Source: a virus. From it: 64,000 bases of DNA. Below, piece by piece: positions 47,420 through 57,174 of the stretch (the stretch's first letter is position 1; every line of letters begins with the position of its first letter). The stretch covers positions 1 through 64,000 of the IMG/VR virus record IMGVR_UViG_3300009152_000030. The stretch is one strand, 5' to 3'. Under the pieces are notes generated by a model. It made no database searches. It worked only from the letters and a program-made list of their open reading frames with translations, and was not told where the DNA came from. The position numbers were made by a program, and so were the translations under genes.

Positions 47420-49854
47420 TGATTTACCCCCTTTGCCACTTTGGCACAGTTAACAATTCCATGATTAATCTTCCGGCTAACTTGGATGTCATTGCGCAGT
47501 TCGGTCTTCTTACCGATCACTACGTCAATGAACAAGTCAGCAGCCTGTTCAATCGTGAGCGCTGTAGGCGCAGGATTGACCGCAGGAAGCAACTCGAACA
47601 GTCGCAGAAGCAAGGAAGGACGCGGCTCTGCGTCGGCCATAGGCACAGTTGCAACCACAGGCTTGCGGAACTTGGCCACAGCCTTGAGGTCAGACATGGT
47701 CACCTGGGCATGCTCACGTGCAGGCGCAGCAGGTCGACCGAACTTCACCACAGCGATCTCCTTCCGGAGGTTGTGAGGAAGCGAGACGAACGAACAGCCG
47801 GTGCCCAGACGGGGCTTGGCGGGTGCGTTGGCGGGTGCGTTGACGGCAGGCTTGACCTCAGCCTTGGGAGCGGCCTCAGGCTTGGTCATGACGACCATAA
47901 CCTTGGCAGCAGCAGGCTTAGCAGTCGGCGCAACCGTGGTGACCGTCGTGATGCCAGCCTTGGCCTTGATCACGGCCTTGACCTTTGCCTTTGCCTTCGC
48001 AGCCTTGGCCTTGCGAGTTGCCGCCTTGGCGCTCTTGGCAGCGCGAGCCTCCGAGAGCTCCTGTGCCTTGCGTGCAGCGATTGCAGCGCGGATTGCCGTG
48101 ACCTTGGCCTTGACGGCCTTCTTCTCGGCGTCCACCTTGGCGAGGACTGCAGCCTGTGCAGCCTTTACCTCGGCTTCGACAGCAAGACGCGCAGCCTTGG
48201 CAGTGGCACTCTGGTTGGCGATCTGGGCAGGGTTCTGATCAGCCCAGCGCACCCCGACCTCATTGACGTTCCAAAAACGGCAGAAGGAGCTGAGCCGTGC
48301 GGCAGCAGCACGACGAGCGGTGCGAACGGTCTTGTCGAGGGTCTTGACCCCCGTGTTCGCCGAACGAGGCCCGAATGCTGCCTTGACGAGGCGGGTGGCA
48401 TCCAAGTAGTCGTTGTTACGGACGACCTTGACCTTTGCGGCGCTCTTGACCACAGGCTTTGCCACGAACGGCTTGGCCTGTGCACGAAGGATGGGAAGCT
48501 CGTTGCGCTTGGCCTTAGCCTTGCGCTGAGCAACCTCGATCTTCACCGCAGTCTCGGGGCGAGTGTAGCGGTTGGCGCGGTTTGCCTTCTTGGCGAGCAG
48601 CTTCCGAAGGGCAGTGCCAGGTCGATTGTTCGCCGGCCCCGTTGCTTTCTCTTTCTGGCGCTGACCAATGAGGCCAATCGACCAGCCGCCGACGTGACCG
48701 CTCTTGCGGCCACCCCCAACCTTGTAGCTCTCGGTGTAGATGTATTGGACCTCGGGGCGGGGGACCGACACGCCGTGGAAGCGGATGCCGGCACGCTTGC
48801 GCCAGAGGTGAAGGAGGCGACGGCGAGACCGGCGGGACATACGAGACTGACGCATGACGAGATCCTTTGGAGGACGGGGGGATTTGGACTTGTTACGCAT
48901 GACGATATCCTTGGGTGGACGGGACTTCTTGTTCTTCATGGGGCGCTCCGTGTAGTGCGGGTTTCCGGTGTCGCTGATGCCACACATTGCGGCAATCTTG
49001 ACATCGTGGGTAAGCATGCGGATGAGTGCGTCGAGCGCGATCTTCATTGCCATTGTAGTCTCCAGTGGCGGTGGGGGTGTTGGTTCAGGTTGGTTCACAA
49101 TCTCACTCATCTTGTCCTCCTCTAGCACATAGACACAACCAGGACCACCTTTTTTGGCATCCCAGTCAATAAGGCGCACATGATCCCAAGAGCATTGCCC
49201 CTGAGGAATCTTTGAACGACGAGTATGACCAACAATAGCAAGCCCGTGCTTACCCTTGTAATCTTTGGCCCAGAAGTTATCAGGGTCAGTGTTATCAACA
49301 AGCTCGATCTGGGCTGCAGTCGGCTTACCTTTGACAAACCTAGGAGGCAATTTACCAGCTGGAAGTTTGGCATGGACAGCCGTCCAGGTTGTGTCCTTGA
49401 CCCATAGAGGCCGAGAGCGCAACCAGACCATATCGTCCTCCGTAAGTAGAGCACGAAGCTTGCACCACTCATTCCAGATGCGTACATAGTCTTCGTCTGC
49501 CAGGTTATAGTGCAGGCTCCAAGCCTTTGTCAATTCTTCCTGGCTATTGCCAAAGAAGAGAGGATACAGCTCATGGTTGCCCAAGATGAGCTCCGAGCCA
49601 GAGGCACGAATGATGTCAAGGCAATCCTTGGCACCCTGTGCGCCACCTTCCCCATCGAAGATATCTCCGAGGAAGATAATGTCTCTGCCGTTTGCCATCT
49701 CAATGGCAGAAGTGACGAGAGAGGGACGTGCGTGAATATCGCCAACGAAAACCTTTTCCATTTTAATCTCCTTGGTAGGCCTATCAATCTTCATATCATT
49801 CATTGGAACAACCTTTGTAATAGTACAAATAGATACATTCATTTGCTTATCCAT
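47416..49854 (-). CDS. Calcineurin-like metallophosphoesterase fused in frame to a long Lys/Arg/Ala-rich region
   Basis: GDIH, LGDIFD, GNHE, VHA, GHT; then a Pro linker and ~550 basic low-complexity residues. Confidence 0.8.
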   Translation of the reverse strand: MDKQMNVSICTITKVVPMNDMKIDRPTKEIKMEKVFVGDIHARPSLVTSAIEMANGRDIIFLGDIFDGEGGAQGAKDCLDIIRASGSELILGNHELYPLFFGNSQEELTKAWSLHYNLADEDYVRIWNEWCKLRALLTEDDMVWLRSRPLWVKDTTWTAVHAKLPAGKLPPRFVKGKPTAAQIELVDNTDPDNFWAKDYKGKHGLAIVGHTRRSKIPQGQCSWDHVRLIDWDAKKGGPGCVYVLEEDKMSEIVNQPEPTPPPPLETTMAMKIALDALIRMLTHDVKIAAMCGISDTGNPHYTERPMKNKKSRPPKDIVMRNKSKSPRPPKDLVMRQSRMSRRSRRRLLHLWRKRAGIRFHGVSVPRPEVQYIYTESYKVGGGRKSGHVGGWSIGLIGQRQKEKATGPANNRPGTALRKLLAKKANRANRYTRPETAVKIEVAQRKAKAKRNELPILRAQAKPFVAKPVVKSAAKVKVVRNNDYLDATRLVKAAFGPRSANTGVKTLDKTVRTARRAAAARLSSFCRFWNVNEVGVRWADQNPAQIANQSATAKAARLAVEAEVKAAQAAVLAKVDAEKKAVKAKVTAIRAAIAARKAQELSEARAAKSAKAATRKAKAAKAKAKVKAVIKAKAGITTVTTVAPTAKPAAAKVMVVMTKPEAAPKAEVKPAVNAPANAPAKPRLGTGCSFVSLPHNLRKEIAVVKFGRPAAPAREHAQVTMSDLKAVAKFRKPVVATVPMADAEPRPSLLLRLFELLPAVNPAPTALTIEQAADLFIDVVIGKKTELRNDIQVSRKINHGIVNCAKVAKGVNQ

Positions 49855-49871
49855 GACGTTCTCCCTAGGCA

Positions 49872-50042
49872 CTAGTGGATACGCCGGCCAATGCGGCCGA
49901 TGCGGGAGTGACGGAAACGGCGAGCCACTGCCTTCTTGACAGCAGCCTTTTCAATAGCCTTGGCCTCAGCGTTAGCTGCAACCTTGGCGGTCATCTCCCC
50001 CTTAATAAGGAGGAAAATTAGGACAAACAGGACGACAATCAT
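49872..50042 (-). CDS. Small membrane-anchored basic peptide (56 aa, not in ORF track)
   Basis: MIVVLFVLIFLLIKGEMTAKVAANAEAKAIEKAAVKKAVARRFRHSRIGRIGRRIH fills the gap exactly. Confidence 0.55.
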   Translation of the reverse strand: MIVVLFVLIFLLIKGEMTAKVAANAEAKAIEKAAVKKAVARRFRHSRIGRIGRRIH

Positions 50043-50043
50043 G

Positions 50044-51195
50044 TTACTTCTCCCAGTTGCTGATAGTCTCCTGCCCGTATTTAAGCAGGAACTGTTGATA
50101 AAGGTCCTTGTACCATTCCATGTTTTCCTTGGCGTAAGCCAGGTTTACCGTATCCTTGCTGCGGTCCAAGCTACCCCAGCAGTCAGTTTGGCCAATGTAC
50201 AAGGCATCATTGTACTTGACTTGAAAGTCTTCAGCATCACCTGTGCCAAGGGCTTGGCGCTGAGGGCTTTCCGCATAAGATACGAAGCCAATCACTTCAT
50301 CGCCGGCCATCAAAGGCCCACCAGAGTCACCATGGTCAGGAGAAACTTCAAGGCTGAGGCTGGCAGCACAGATAAAGCGTTGGTTGCTAGCGCCTGCAAT
50401 GTACCTCTTGTAGGTATCAACAAGATTCTTGAAGATAACCTCGGGGCTTTTCAGACTTACATCCTCAAGTGCTTTTCTGGCATCAATGAATGCCCATCTC
50501 ATGTCATTCTGCTCTTTCATGCTAGGCGTACCCTTCTTCATGTGGTCAAAGACCTGCTCAAAAGGCACATAACCCCACATGTCTGTGGTCTTACCCCACC
50601 AACGGAAGTCAGTGCTGCACTCAAGACCAATCTCATAGAGATCTTCCTTGATTTCGTTAGGATAATGGTCAGCCGGCACAACGATATCGCCAGCGTTTTC
50701 ACGGTAACCGTTACGTGTGCAGTGCTCTGCCGTGTAGATCTTACCTTTCCACTTCCATGCAGTGCAGTTCCCGCTCTCATCAAGGGGGCCTTCATTTTCC
50801 CTGGTGTTGACAGGACCAATTCCAGGGTGGATGTTGTTCTCTGCCCGGTACTTCTCTTCCAGGAATTCTTCCACTTCCTGAACAACCTCGTAATAGTCGC
50901 TGTTAGCAACCCACTCTGCCTGACGGATTTCCTCCTTCCGTGCCGCAGCAGCTTCTTCCTGGCGAAGGCGGGTGTTATTACCCGTCATGGTCACAAAGAT
51001 ACCAGCAAAGGCTGCAAAGATTGCAACCATTGCCAGCACAAAGAGGATGTTCTCGCGGCGGTCTGCCTTCTTCATCTTGTCCTCCCTCTCACGGTACGCC
51101 TTAAGCTCGGCCTGTTGCATTTCTTCCCAGTTGTCCATGACCTTCTCCTTGTTTGTTGAGTTAGCAGCAATGTCTAGAACAGTAACGTTATTCAT
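50044..51195 (-). CDS. Membrane-anchored trypsin-like (S1) serine protease
   Basis: CTAW...YTAEHC (His), GDSGGP (Ser); TM segment ILFVLAMVAIFAAFAGIFV. Confidence 0.75.
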   Translation of the reverse strand: MNNVTVLDIAANSTNKEKVMDNWEEMQQAELKAYREREDKMKKADRRENILFVLAMVAIFAAFAGIFVTMTGNNTRLRQEEAAAARKEEIRQAEWVANSDYYEVVQEVEEFLEEKYRAENNIHPGIGPVNTRENEGPLDESGNCTAWKWKGKIYTAEHCTRNGYRENAGDIVVPADHYPNEIKEDLYEIGLECSTDFRWWGKTTDMWGYVPFEQVFDHMKKGTPSMKEQNDMRWAFIDARKALEDVSLKSPEVIFKNLVDTYKRYIAGASNQRFICAASLSLEVSPDHGDSGGPLMAGDEVIGFVSYAESPQRQALGTGDAEDFQVKYNDALYIGQTDCWGSLDRSKDTVNLAYAKENMEWYKDLYQQFLLKYGQETISNWEK

Positions 51196-52531
51196 GAGTC
51201 CACCCCAGCATTTCAATGATGTCAAAGACATTCGTGTAATCGCTAAAGATATCCGAGTAGCTTGACGCCATTTCATCAATGAACGGCGATGCAACCGGCT
51301 TATTGTCAACCATAGCAAAGCAAGAGACCTGATAGTTGCTATGAGCTTCCGGATAGAAGTCATCAAACATCTGGTTGTCGGTCCGAACGAAAAACGAGAC
51401 ACTACCAATGACTTCGTCACCAAGCATGATGGGGCCACCAGAGTCACCCTTCTTGATGCTATCTTCCGCCACAGAAGAAGCACAGAGATACTCTTGGCTT
51501 GTGTAGTGCTCTTTGATGTACTTCAACTGGTTGTAGAATTTGTTGAACGCTGCATGTGCTTTTTCTTTTGCTTTCTTCGTATTATCGCTATTAGTCTTCA
51601 TGCTGTTCTCTTCGATTGTGTACTTGTAATCGTTAAGAGCGGCAATAGCCTTATACTTAGAGTCAATAAGCTCTTGTTGCATTTCGTAAGGAGCACCAAG
51701 ATAGTTTCTTGTCTTCTTGAAGATCTGCTCCATAGGAATAGTTACCCACTTATTGGTGGTTGTGCCCCACCAGCGGATATCAGGGCTGCACTCTGTACCT
51801 TCCTTGTAGAAGTCACCAGAGATAGTGTTATCGGCTGTTGACTGCTGGACGCGGTCTGTGTTGCCGTGCTTTTCCAGGTAGTCATTGCAGTGCTGGATGG
51901 TGTAGGTCTTACCGTTCCATTTCCATGCGCTGCAGGTGCCGTACAGAACTTCACCGTCCTTGTATACAGGAGACTCAATTTTGCCATAGGCCTTAGCAGT
52001 ATTATCAACCTGCTCATAATTAGTAACAGCATTAGCGGTCGACTGCGCATTTTCAATCTCAGGCTTAGCATCGGTACCGCAAGCCGTAGTGATTACGAGG
52101 AGAAGGAAGGTTGCAATCTTTGCCATCATTTCCGCATAGTTAGCTTTCACAAGAGCCTCGTTAACCTTCAGATTATGGAAGGCGTTGGTTGCAAGTGCAA
52201 TGCTGCGCACATCGTCATGGTACTCAACGTGGATGAGGATATCAATGGCAGTAAATGCCAAGGGGGCAAGTGCGAGAGTGCACACGACCATATCCTGGAA
52301 CGTAGCCACAAGGGCGTAGGGAATGAAGAGAGCTGCAGTGCAGACAATGCTGAACGCAAGCCCAATGGACCTCTTGCTAACGACAAGCATGACGGACTCC
52401 TTGTTGGCAACAAACTTGTTCATGACAGACCCCTTCCAGACAGCGGTGATGATAGCCAGGATGGCAAAAATGACGAATGCAATTGACATAGCAGACTCCT
52501 TGTTGACGACAGAATTGTCGATGGTGTTCAT
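51188..52531 (-). CDS. Membrane-anchored trypsin-like serine protease, paralog
   Basis: CSAW...YTIQHC, GDSGGP; several TM segments and an internal lipobox-like TTAC. Confidence 0.75.
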   Translation of the reverse strand: MNTIDNSVVNKESAMSIAFVIFAILAIITAVWKGSVMNKFVANKESVMLVVSKRSIGLAFSIVCTAALFIPYALVATFQDMVVCTLALAPLAFTAIDILIHVEYHDDVRSIALATNAFHNLKVNEALVKANYAEMMAKIATFLLLVITTACGTDAKPEIENAQSTANAVTNYEQVDNTAKAYGKIESPVYKDGEVLYGTCSAWKWNGKTYTIQHCNDYLEKHGNTDRVQQSTADNTISGDFYKEGTECSPDIRWWGTTTNKWVTIPMEQIFKKTRNYLGAPYEMQQELIDSKYKAIAALNDYKYTIEENSMKTNSDNTKKAKEKAHAAFNKFYNQLKYIKEHYTSQEYLCASSVAEDSIKKGDSGGPIMLGDEVIGSVSFFVRTDNQMFDDFYPEAHSNYQVSCFAMVDNKPVASPFIDEMASSYSDIFSDYTNVFDIIEMLGWTHE

Positions 52532-53280
52532 TAGTACACCTTTACGATTTCGCAGGCGAAAAGGTCGATAAAGTCAAAGTTGTCATCCTTTGTGCCAATG
52601 GAACGGTTGCGAGCGAGGCTATAGTCGTCGCAAAGACCAAAGCGCTGAGCGTACCCTTCGAACAGGTAGTCACCGACGCGAGAACAAGCAGGACAACCGC
52701 CTTCCCAGTCAAGTCCAGTCGGCTTCCAGTCGCGAAAAGGAGGAGACTTTCTGATTTCTCGTGCAAGCATAATTTCAGGCTTGTAGATTTCAACTGCATA
52801 GTTGACCTCAACAATCCACTCATGCTTGATACCTTCAGAGCAGATCAGGCCGTTGTCGTTGTCCATCATAAGCTCAGCAAGCTCACGAAAGATAACAGGG
52901 TCATTGCAACGATCAAGATTGAACTTAATCGGGAATCCTTCCTTCATGACTTTGATAGTGGAGATCGGAACGTCCGCGATTACCTGTACAGCACTCGAAG
53001 AGTGCTTCTTGGTAATGTATGCAGCCCAGAAAGCATCCAGATTGGCATTTGCCGGAACAGCCCAAGTGCCCATCACTTTCTTTCCTTCCGGGTGAAGGTG
53101 ATTGGTGACTTCCATTGCGGGAACGCCATCCTTAGCAATGATGTCGCCAAAGTTAGGCGCAGTCCAGTGAATAACACGCATAGTCTTCATGGTTTCCTCC
53201 ATCTTAGCCGAAACGGCGATTTCTTCAGTAATCTTATTCATGACGTTCACCTTGTTGGTGTTGAGGGTGTTGATTTTCAT
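52531..53280 (-). CDS. Hypothetical protein
   Basis: ORF with several candidate starts; C-terminal CPAC. Confidence 0.65.
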   Translation of the reverse strand: MKINTLNTNKVNVMNKITEEIAVSAKMEETMKTMRVIHWTAPNFGDIIAKDGVPAMEVTNHLHPEGKKVMGTWAVPANANLDAFWAAYITKKHSSSAVQVIADVPISTIKVMKEGFPIKFNLDRCNDPVIFRELAELMMDNDNGLICSEGIKHEWIVEVNYAVEIYKPEIMLAREIRKSPPFRDWKPTGLDWEGGCPACSRVGDYLFEGYAQRFGLCDDYSLARNRSIGTKDDNFDFIDLFACEIVKVY

Positions 53281-53284
53281 TGTA

Positions 53285-55444
53285 TTACCAGACATCGTTG
53301 TAGCTATCGGCAGCAAGCTTAGCCTTGATCTGCGCCACAACATGGTTGATATTGAATTCACGCTGGATAAACCAGGTGTTAGAGATTTTCATGGCCTCAA
53401 TCTGACCCGGGGTCTTCTTGGTCTCCGAGCTTTCGCCGTCACCAAACATACCAATCAGAATAGGACGGTGCTTGCTACTGCGGTTGTTATCGCCCATACC
53501 GAAGTCAACAACACCAGCACTGTTCGTAAGGATAACGCCAAAGTTATCCCATTCGCCGTTGATCTGGATGTCTGCAATCCAGGGGATATTCGTACCATTG
53601 AGGAACTTCTCCTGGTAGTAACCATGGCTCTGCTGAGTGCCATGACCGGTGCAGAACTTACCCGTGTACTTGCTGTTGATCTGCTGAGACTCATTCCACA
53701 TACCAGCGGCATCCGTACGACGAATACGAAGAACCTGATCGTAGCCAGCAGCAAGAATCTTCTCAACCTGCTCAGTGTCAGCTACGTCACAGCTCTTGAA
53801 TTCTTTGCTACCAAACTTGAAGCCAACAACAACGTCAGTCGTAAGCTTGCAGATTGCAACTTCCTCAAGAGCAAAGATAGGCATCAAGTCTTCCTTGAGC
53901 TGCTTGACCTTGTTATAGCGCTGAGCATAAGTCTTCCACTGATTAGCCTTCCAGAGGTTTTTCTCAGCATTCATTTCTTTGCTGCACCAGAAGTTTTCCT
54001 CAGTCTTCATTGCATGCATTTCGTCAGCAAAAGCAGCGTCTTTGCTCATAGCAACGAGCAAACCACCTGTTGCCGCGTCATTAAGCGGCAAGCACCAGCG
54101 GCTAAAGAATTGAATGGTCTTCTTCTCAATGAGCAACTTTGCCGCTTGCCACTCAGCCTTCGTGAGAATACGATAGGCCTGCCAGTTGTAACCATGCTGC
54201 CAATTTGTTTGGCAGATAAAGTGGTAGTATTCATTTTCGCTATTTCTCATGGCTTTTTCGAGAGCGCGAGCAAATTCTGAGAACTTGATGGCCAAATTGT
54301 TATAGGCCGCAGCATTACGATTGCTTTCGTCAACGTTAGCCAGCATTAGCCAGTACGAACGGATGCCTTGAATACTAGCATTCTTGTAGAAGAAACTGTA
54401 GTCCGCAGACTCTTGAAGATTCTTTTCAGCCTTGATAAAGGACTCAAAAGTAATCTCTTCCTTGAGTTGCGTATCAAACATAGTCCAGAGGGCATTAATA
54501 TCGGTAGCGTTTTCGATCGATTTGATAAAGTCCTGGTACTTCATCGTCTCTGCGCTCTGCTTACAGCCAAGTTCTGCTTGCATCTCAAGATTTTTGCGCT
54601 GTCTTTCTGCGATTTCAAGGGAAAGCCGGGCATTGCGTGCAATTCGCTGAGCTTCGCGCTCTTCCTCCTGGCGGCACCACGCCTCATGCTCAGCAGCTTC
54701 ACGCTCAAGACGAGCAATGCGCTCTGCCTGATCCAACGCCTGCTGACGCGCATATGCAATGTTACGCTCACGACGCTCCATCATGTAGAAGGCGTCATGC
54801 ATGCGCTGCTGCTCACTCTCAGCAGCCATCTTGCGCACTTGCTTAGCAAGCTTATCAGTCTTCTGCTTGTTCTCATACCAGAACATAGCAACAACTGCAG
54901 CAATCATTGCGACAACCATGGCAATCAACGCGATAACAATCATGATCCTATCCTGAGTCATGTTTGCACTAGCAATGGCCAACACAGGTACAATACTAAA
55001 CATCTTATTCTCCTCGTTCTTCATGACATCCTCTTCATTAACGTCGGAATTGACGTTGTTATTGACATCCTTCTTAACCCAAGCCTGCTGTGCAGCAAAG
55101 GCCATGATAGCCTCCATGCTAGCAGTGCTCATCACAGGCATCTCGCTGTCATCCTCGTACAGGGCCTCAATCTCAGCCTCAAACTGCGCATCTTCGGTAA
55201 CATCACTGTACACCGGGTGATTATTATTGAGGTCAACCTCATACTCATTCGTATACTGAATCTTATTCGACATGGCGTCCACCTCGTTATCAGCCTGGTA
55301 GCTGGGGTTATTGCTATTGAAAAGAACGTTGATCAGGCTAGTCATGACAGTCACCTTGTTGTTGCTATGAGTGTTATTATTCATAGTCTTGTTATTGATG
55401 ATGGTGTTGGTGATGGTGGTAGGGGTTTGTGCGAGCGTGCACAT
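53285..55444 (-). CDS. Hypothetical membrane-anchored coiled-coil protein
   Basis: TM segment IMIVIALIAMVVAMIAAVVAMFW, coiled coil; many internal SD-ATG sites. Confidence 0.7.
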   Translation of the reverse strand: MCTLAQTPTTITNTIINNKTMNNNTHSNNKVTVMTSLINVLFNSNNPSYQADNEVDAMSNKIQYTNEYEVDLNNNHPVYSDVTEDAQFEAEIEALYEDDSEMPVMSTASMEAIMAFAAQQAWVKKDVNNNVNSDVNEEDVMKNEENKMFSIVPVLAIASANMTQDRIMIVIALIAMVVAMIAAVVAMFWYENKQKTDKLAKQVRKMAAESEQQRMHDAFYMMERRERNIAYARQQALDQAERIARLEREAAEHEAWCRQEEEREAQRIARNARLSLEIAERQRKNLEMQAELGCKQSAETMKYQDFIKSIENATDINALWTMFDTQLKEEITFESFIKAEKNLQESADYSFFYKNASIQGIRSYWLMLANVDESNRNAAAYNNLAIKFSEFARALEKAMRNSENEYYHFICQTNWQHGYNWQAYRILTKAEWQAAKLLIEKKTIQFFSRWCLPLNDAATGGLLVAMSKDAAFADEMHAMKTEENFWCSKEMNAEKNLWKANQWKTYAQRYNKVKQLKEDLMPIFALEEVAICKLTTDVVVGFKFGSKEFKSCDVADTEQVEKILAAGYDQVLRIRRTDAAGMWNESQQINSKYTGKFCTGHGTQQSHGYYQEKFLNGTNIPWIADIQINGEWDNFGVILTNSAGVVDFGMGDNNRSSKHRPILIGMFGDGESSETKKTPGQIEAMKISNTWFIQREFNINHVVAQIKAKLAADSYNDVW

Positions 55445-55839
55445 GGCGTTCCTTACTGCCCTTGTGGGGGCGATGTCCAAAGCTAGCGGAATCGCTAGCA
55501 GTTGGTGAGAGTTGGAAAGACCCTCATCCCTTAGTACATAGTCTTAAAAGGGGGTGGGCTAAAAACGAATAGGGTATGGGTAAGTATAGGGGCCCAGGAG
55601 TATAAGTACCCGCTCTTTTCCGAAAAAAAAATATATATATAAATAGAGGCTGTACCTATACCTTAATACTTGGCCTTTCACTCTTTTCTATAAAAAATAT
55701 ATATAAATATATAAAAATATATATAAAGGCCTTTTGCCCTAAGCCTATGACCCTTTCCCCCTCACGTAGTTCTTTTTCCCATGTATAGCGTTTCTTATGG
55801 TTTCTTATGGTATCAAGTTAGTAAAGTTTAAACTTTAGT

Positions 55840-57165
55840 TTGATTACTAGTAAGAAGAATTCTGTTTTGGCTCATTACAATGATATAAACAAGGCTAATA
55901 GGAATAAACCTAGATCCTCACACGACAACAGTGCAGGGCGTGGAGCCGATAATCCCTATAAGAATGCACCGCGTTTAGAGAACCCTACTTATACTGGTAC
56001 TATGACTGGACAAGTTATAGATCCTTATACATTGTCTAGTAAGCTATCTAATAGATTGGAGTTCTCCTCAAAGGAGGAAGGGATGCCTTTTGATTTAAAT
56101 GCATTAGAGGAAAATGTAGACATTAGTTCTAGTGCTAAGGGACTACCTACTAGGCAAATGGAAATATCTGAGGATAAAGCCTTTGATAAGACCTCACCCC
56201 TCCTGAAAGACTCTAGTATGATTTCAGGTAATAGAAATGCTAATGGTCTCGGCGGCGTGGAGGCTAATACCCAAGTTCTACTTGACAGAGTAGGTGAGCT
56301 TTTAGATAACGATGAAACACTATTGGAAAGAGTTGAGCCCCTTGATAATACTTCTTCTACTAGTATTAGCTTACGTGATGCTTTTCAAAGTGCCTTAGAT
56401 AGTAGTGATCTTGGCACTGTAGATGCTGCTAACTTTTTTTCTAATAGTAGTTTAGGGGCGTTTCTTGGTAGTGACCCTGATTTATATAGAGACTTACATA
56501 TAACACCTCAGAGTGCTGCTAGAATGAGGTCGCATCTTGCCGCTGTTAAGCATGGAACTTATGCTAGTGTACCCTTAATCTGTAAAGGCTATGAGAGTTG
56601 TCCAATCCGTAGTTCTTGTTGGTTTGCTGTTAAGAGAGATAACGGTAGTGTTGATCTTGCTGCTAGTAAATTCCCCTTGCTTCAACCTTGCCCCGTAGAA
56701 GCAAGTATTCTTCAGGTTAAGGTTAAGCAATACTGTAGTGAAAACTTTCATAATTTAAATTACATTACTCCTACTATTGTTAGCTTAGCTACTAAGTTGG
56801 CTGAGTTAGATATCTATGAGATTCGAGTTAATATGCTATTAAGTCAAGGTGATAGCCTTGGTGAAGGTCGAGACCTAATGCAGGAAGCCGTACTAAGCAA
56901 TGATATGCATGGTAATCCTGTTAAGACTGCGATGAAGGAACATCCTGCCTTTGCATTGAAAGAGCGTTTTCAGAAAATGCGTAGTCAACTAATGAAGGAG
57001 CTATTAAGTACCCCAGAAGCCAAGCTAAATGCCAGAGCAAAGATAGAAGCTACTAAGGCTGAGAGCGTTAGTTCAACTATGACAAAAATGTCTGCTGCAT
57101 TAAGCAAGATTAATAGTTTAATAAGGGATAATACTGTAGATCCAATGGACTTTGACGATGACTAA
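55840..57165 (+). CDS. Hypothetical protein, possible terminase small subunit-like C-terminus
   Basis: Cys cluster C..CP..C..CPVE; KEHPAF...QLMKELLSTPEAK resembles P27-type TerS; start uncertain. Confidence 0.45.
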   Translation: MITSKKNSVLAHYNDINKANRNKPRSSHDNSAGRGADNPYKNAPRLENPTYTGTMTGQVIDPYTLSSKLSNRLEFSSKEEGMPFDLNALEENVDISSSAKGLPTRQMEISEDKAFDKTSPLLKDSSMISGNRNANGLGGVEANTQVLLDRVGELLDNDETLLERVEPLDNTSSTSISLRDAFQSALDSSDLGTVDAANFFSNSSLGAFLGSDPDLYRDLHITPQSAARMRSHLAAVKHGTYASVPLICKGYESCPIRSSCWFAVKRDNGSVDLAASKFPLLQPCPVEASILQVKVKQYCSENFHNLNYITPTIVSLATKLAELDIYEIRVNMLLSQGDSLGEGRDLMQEAVLSNDMHGNPVKTAMKEHPAFALKERFQKMRSQLMKELLSTPEAKLNARAKIEATKAESVSSTMTKMSAALSKINSLIRDNTVDPMDFDDD

Positions 57166-57174
57166 GGTTAAGTT

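Noticed and set aside
35000-55500. Integrated mobile element, retron or DGR explaining the GC-rich block
   Set aside because: No integrase, transposase, reverse transcriptase, att repeats or TR/VR pair seen; gene orientation is continuous with the left block
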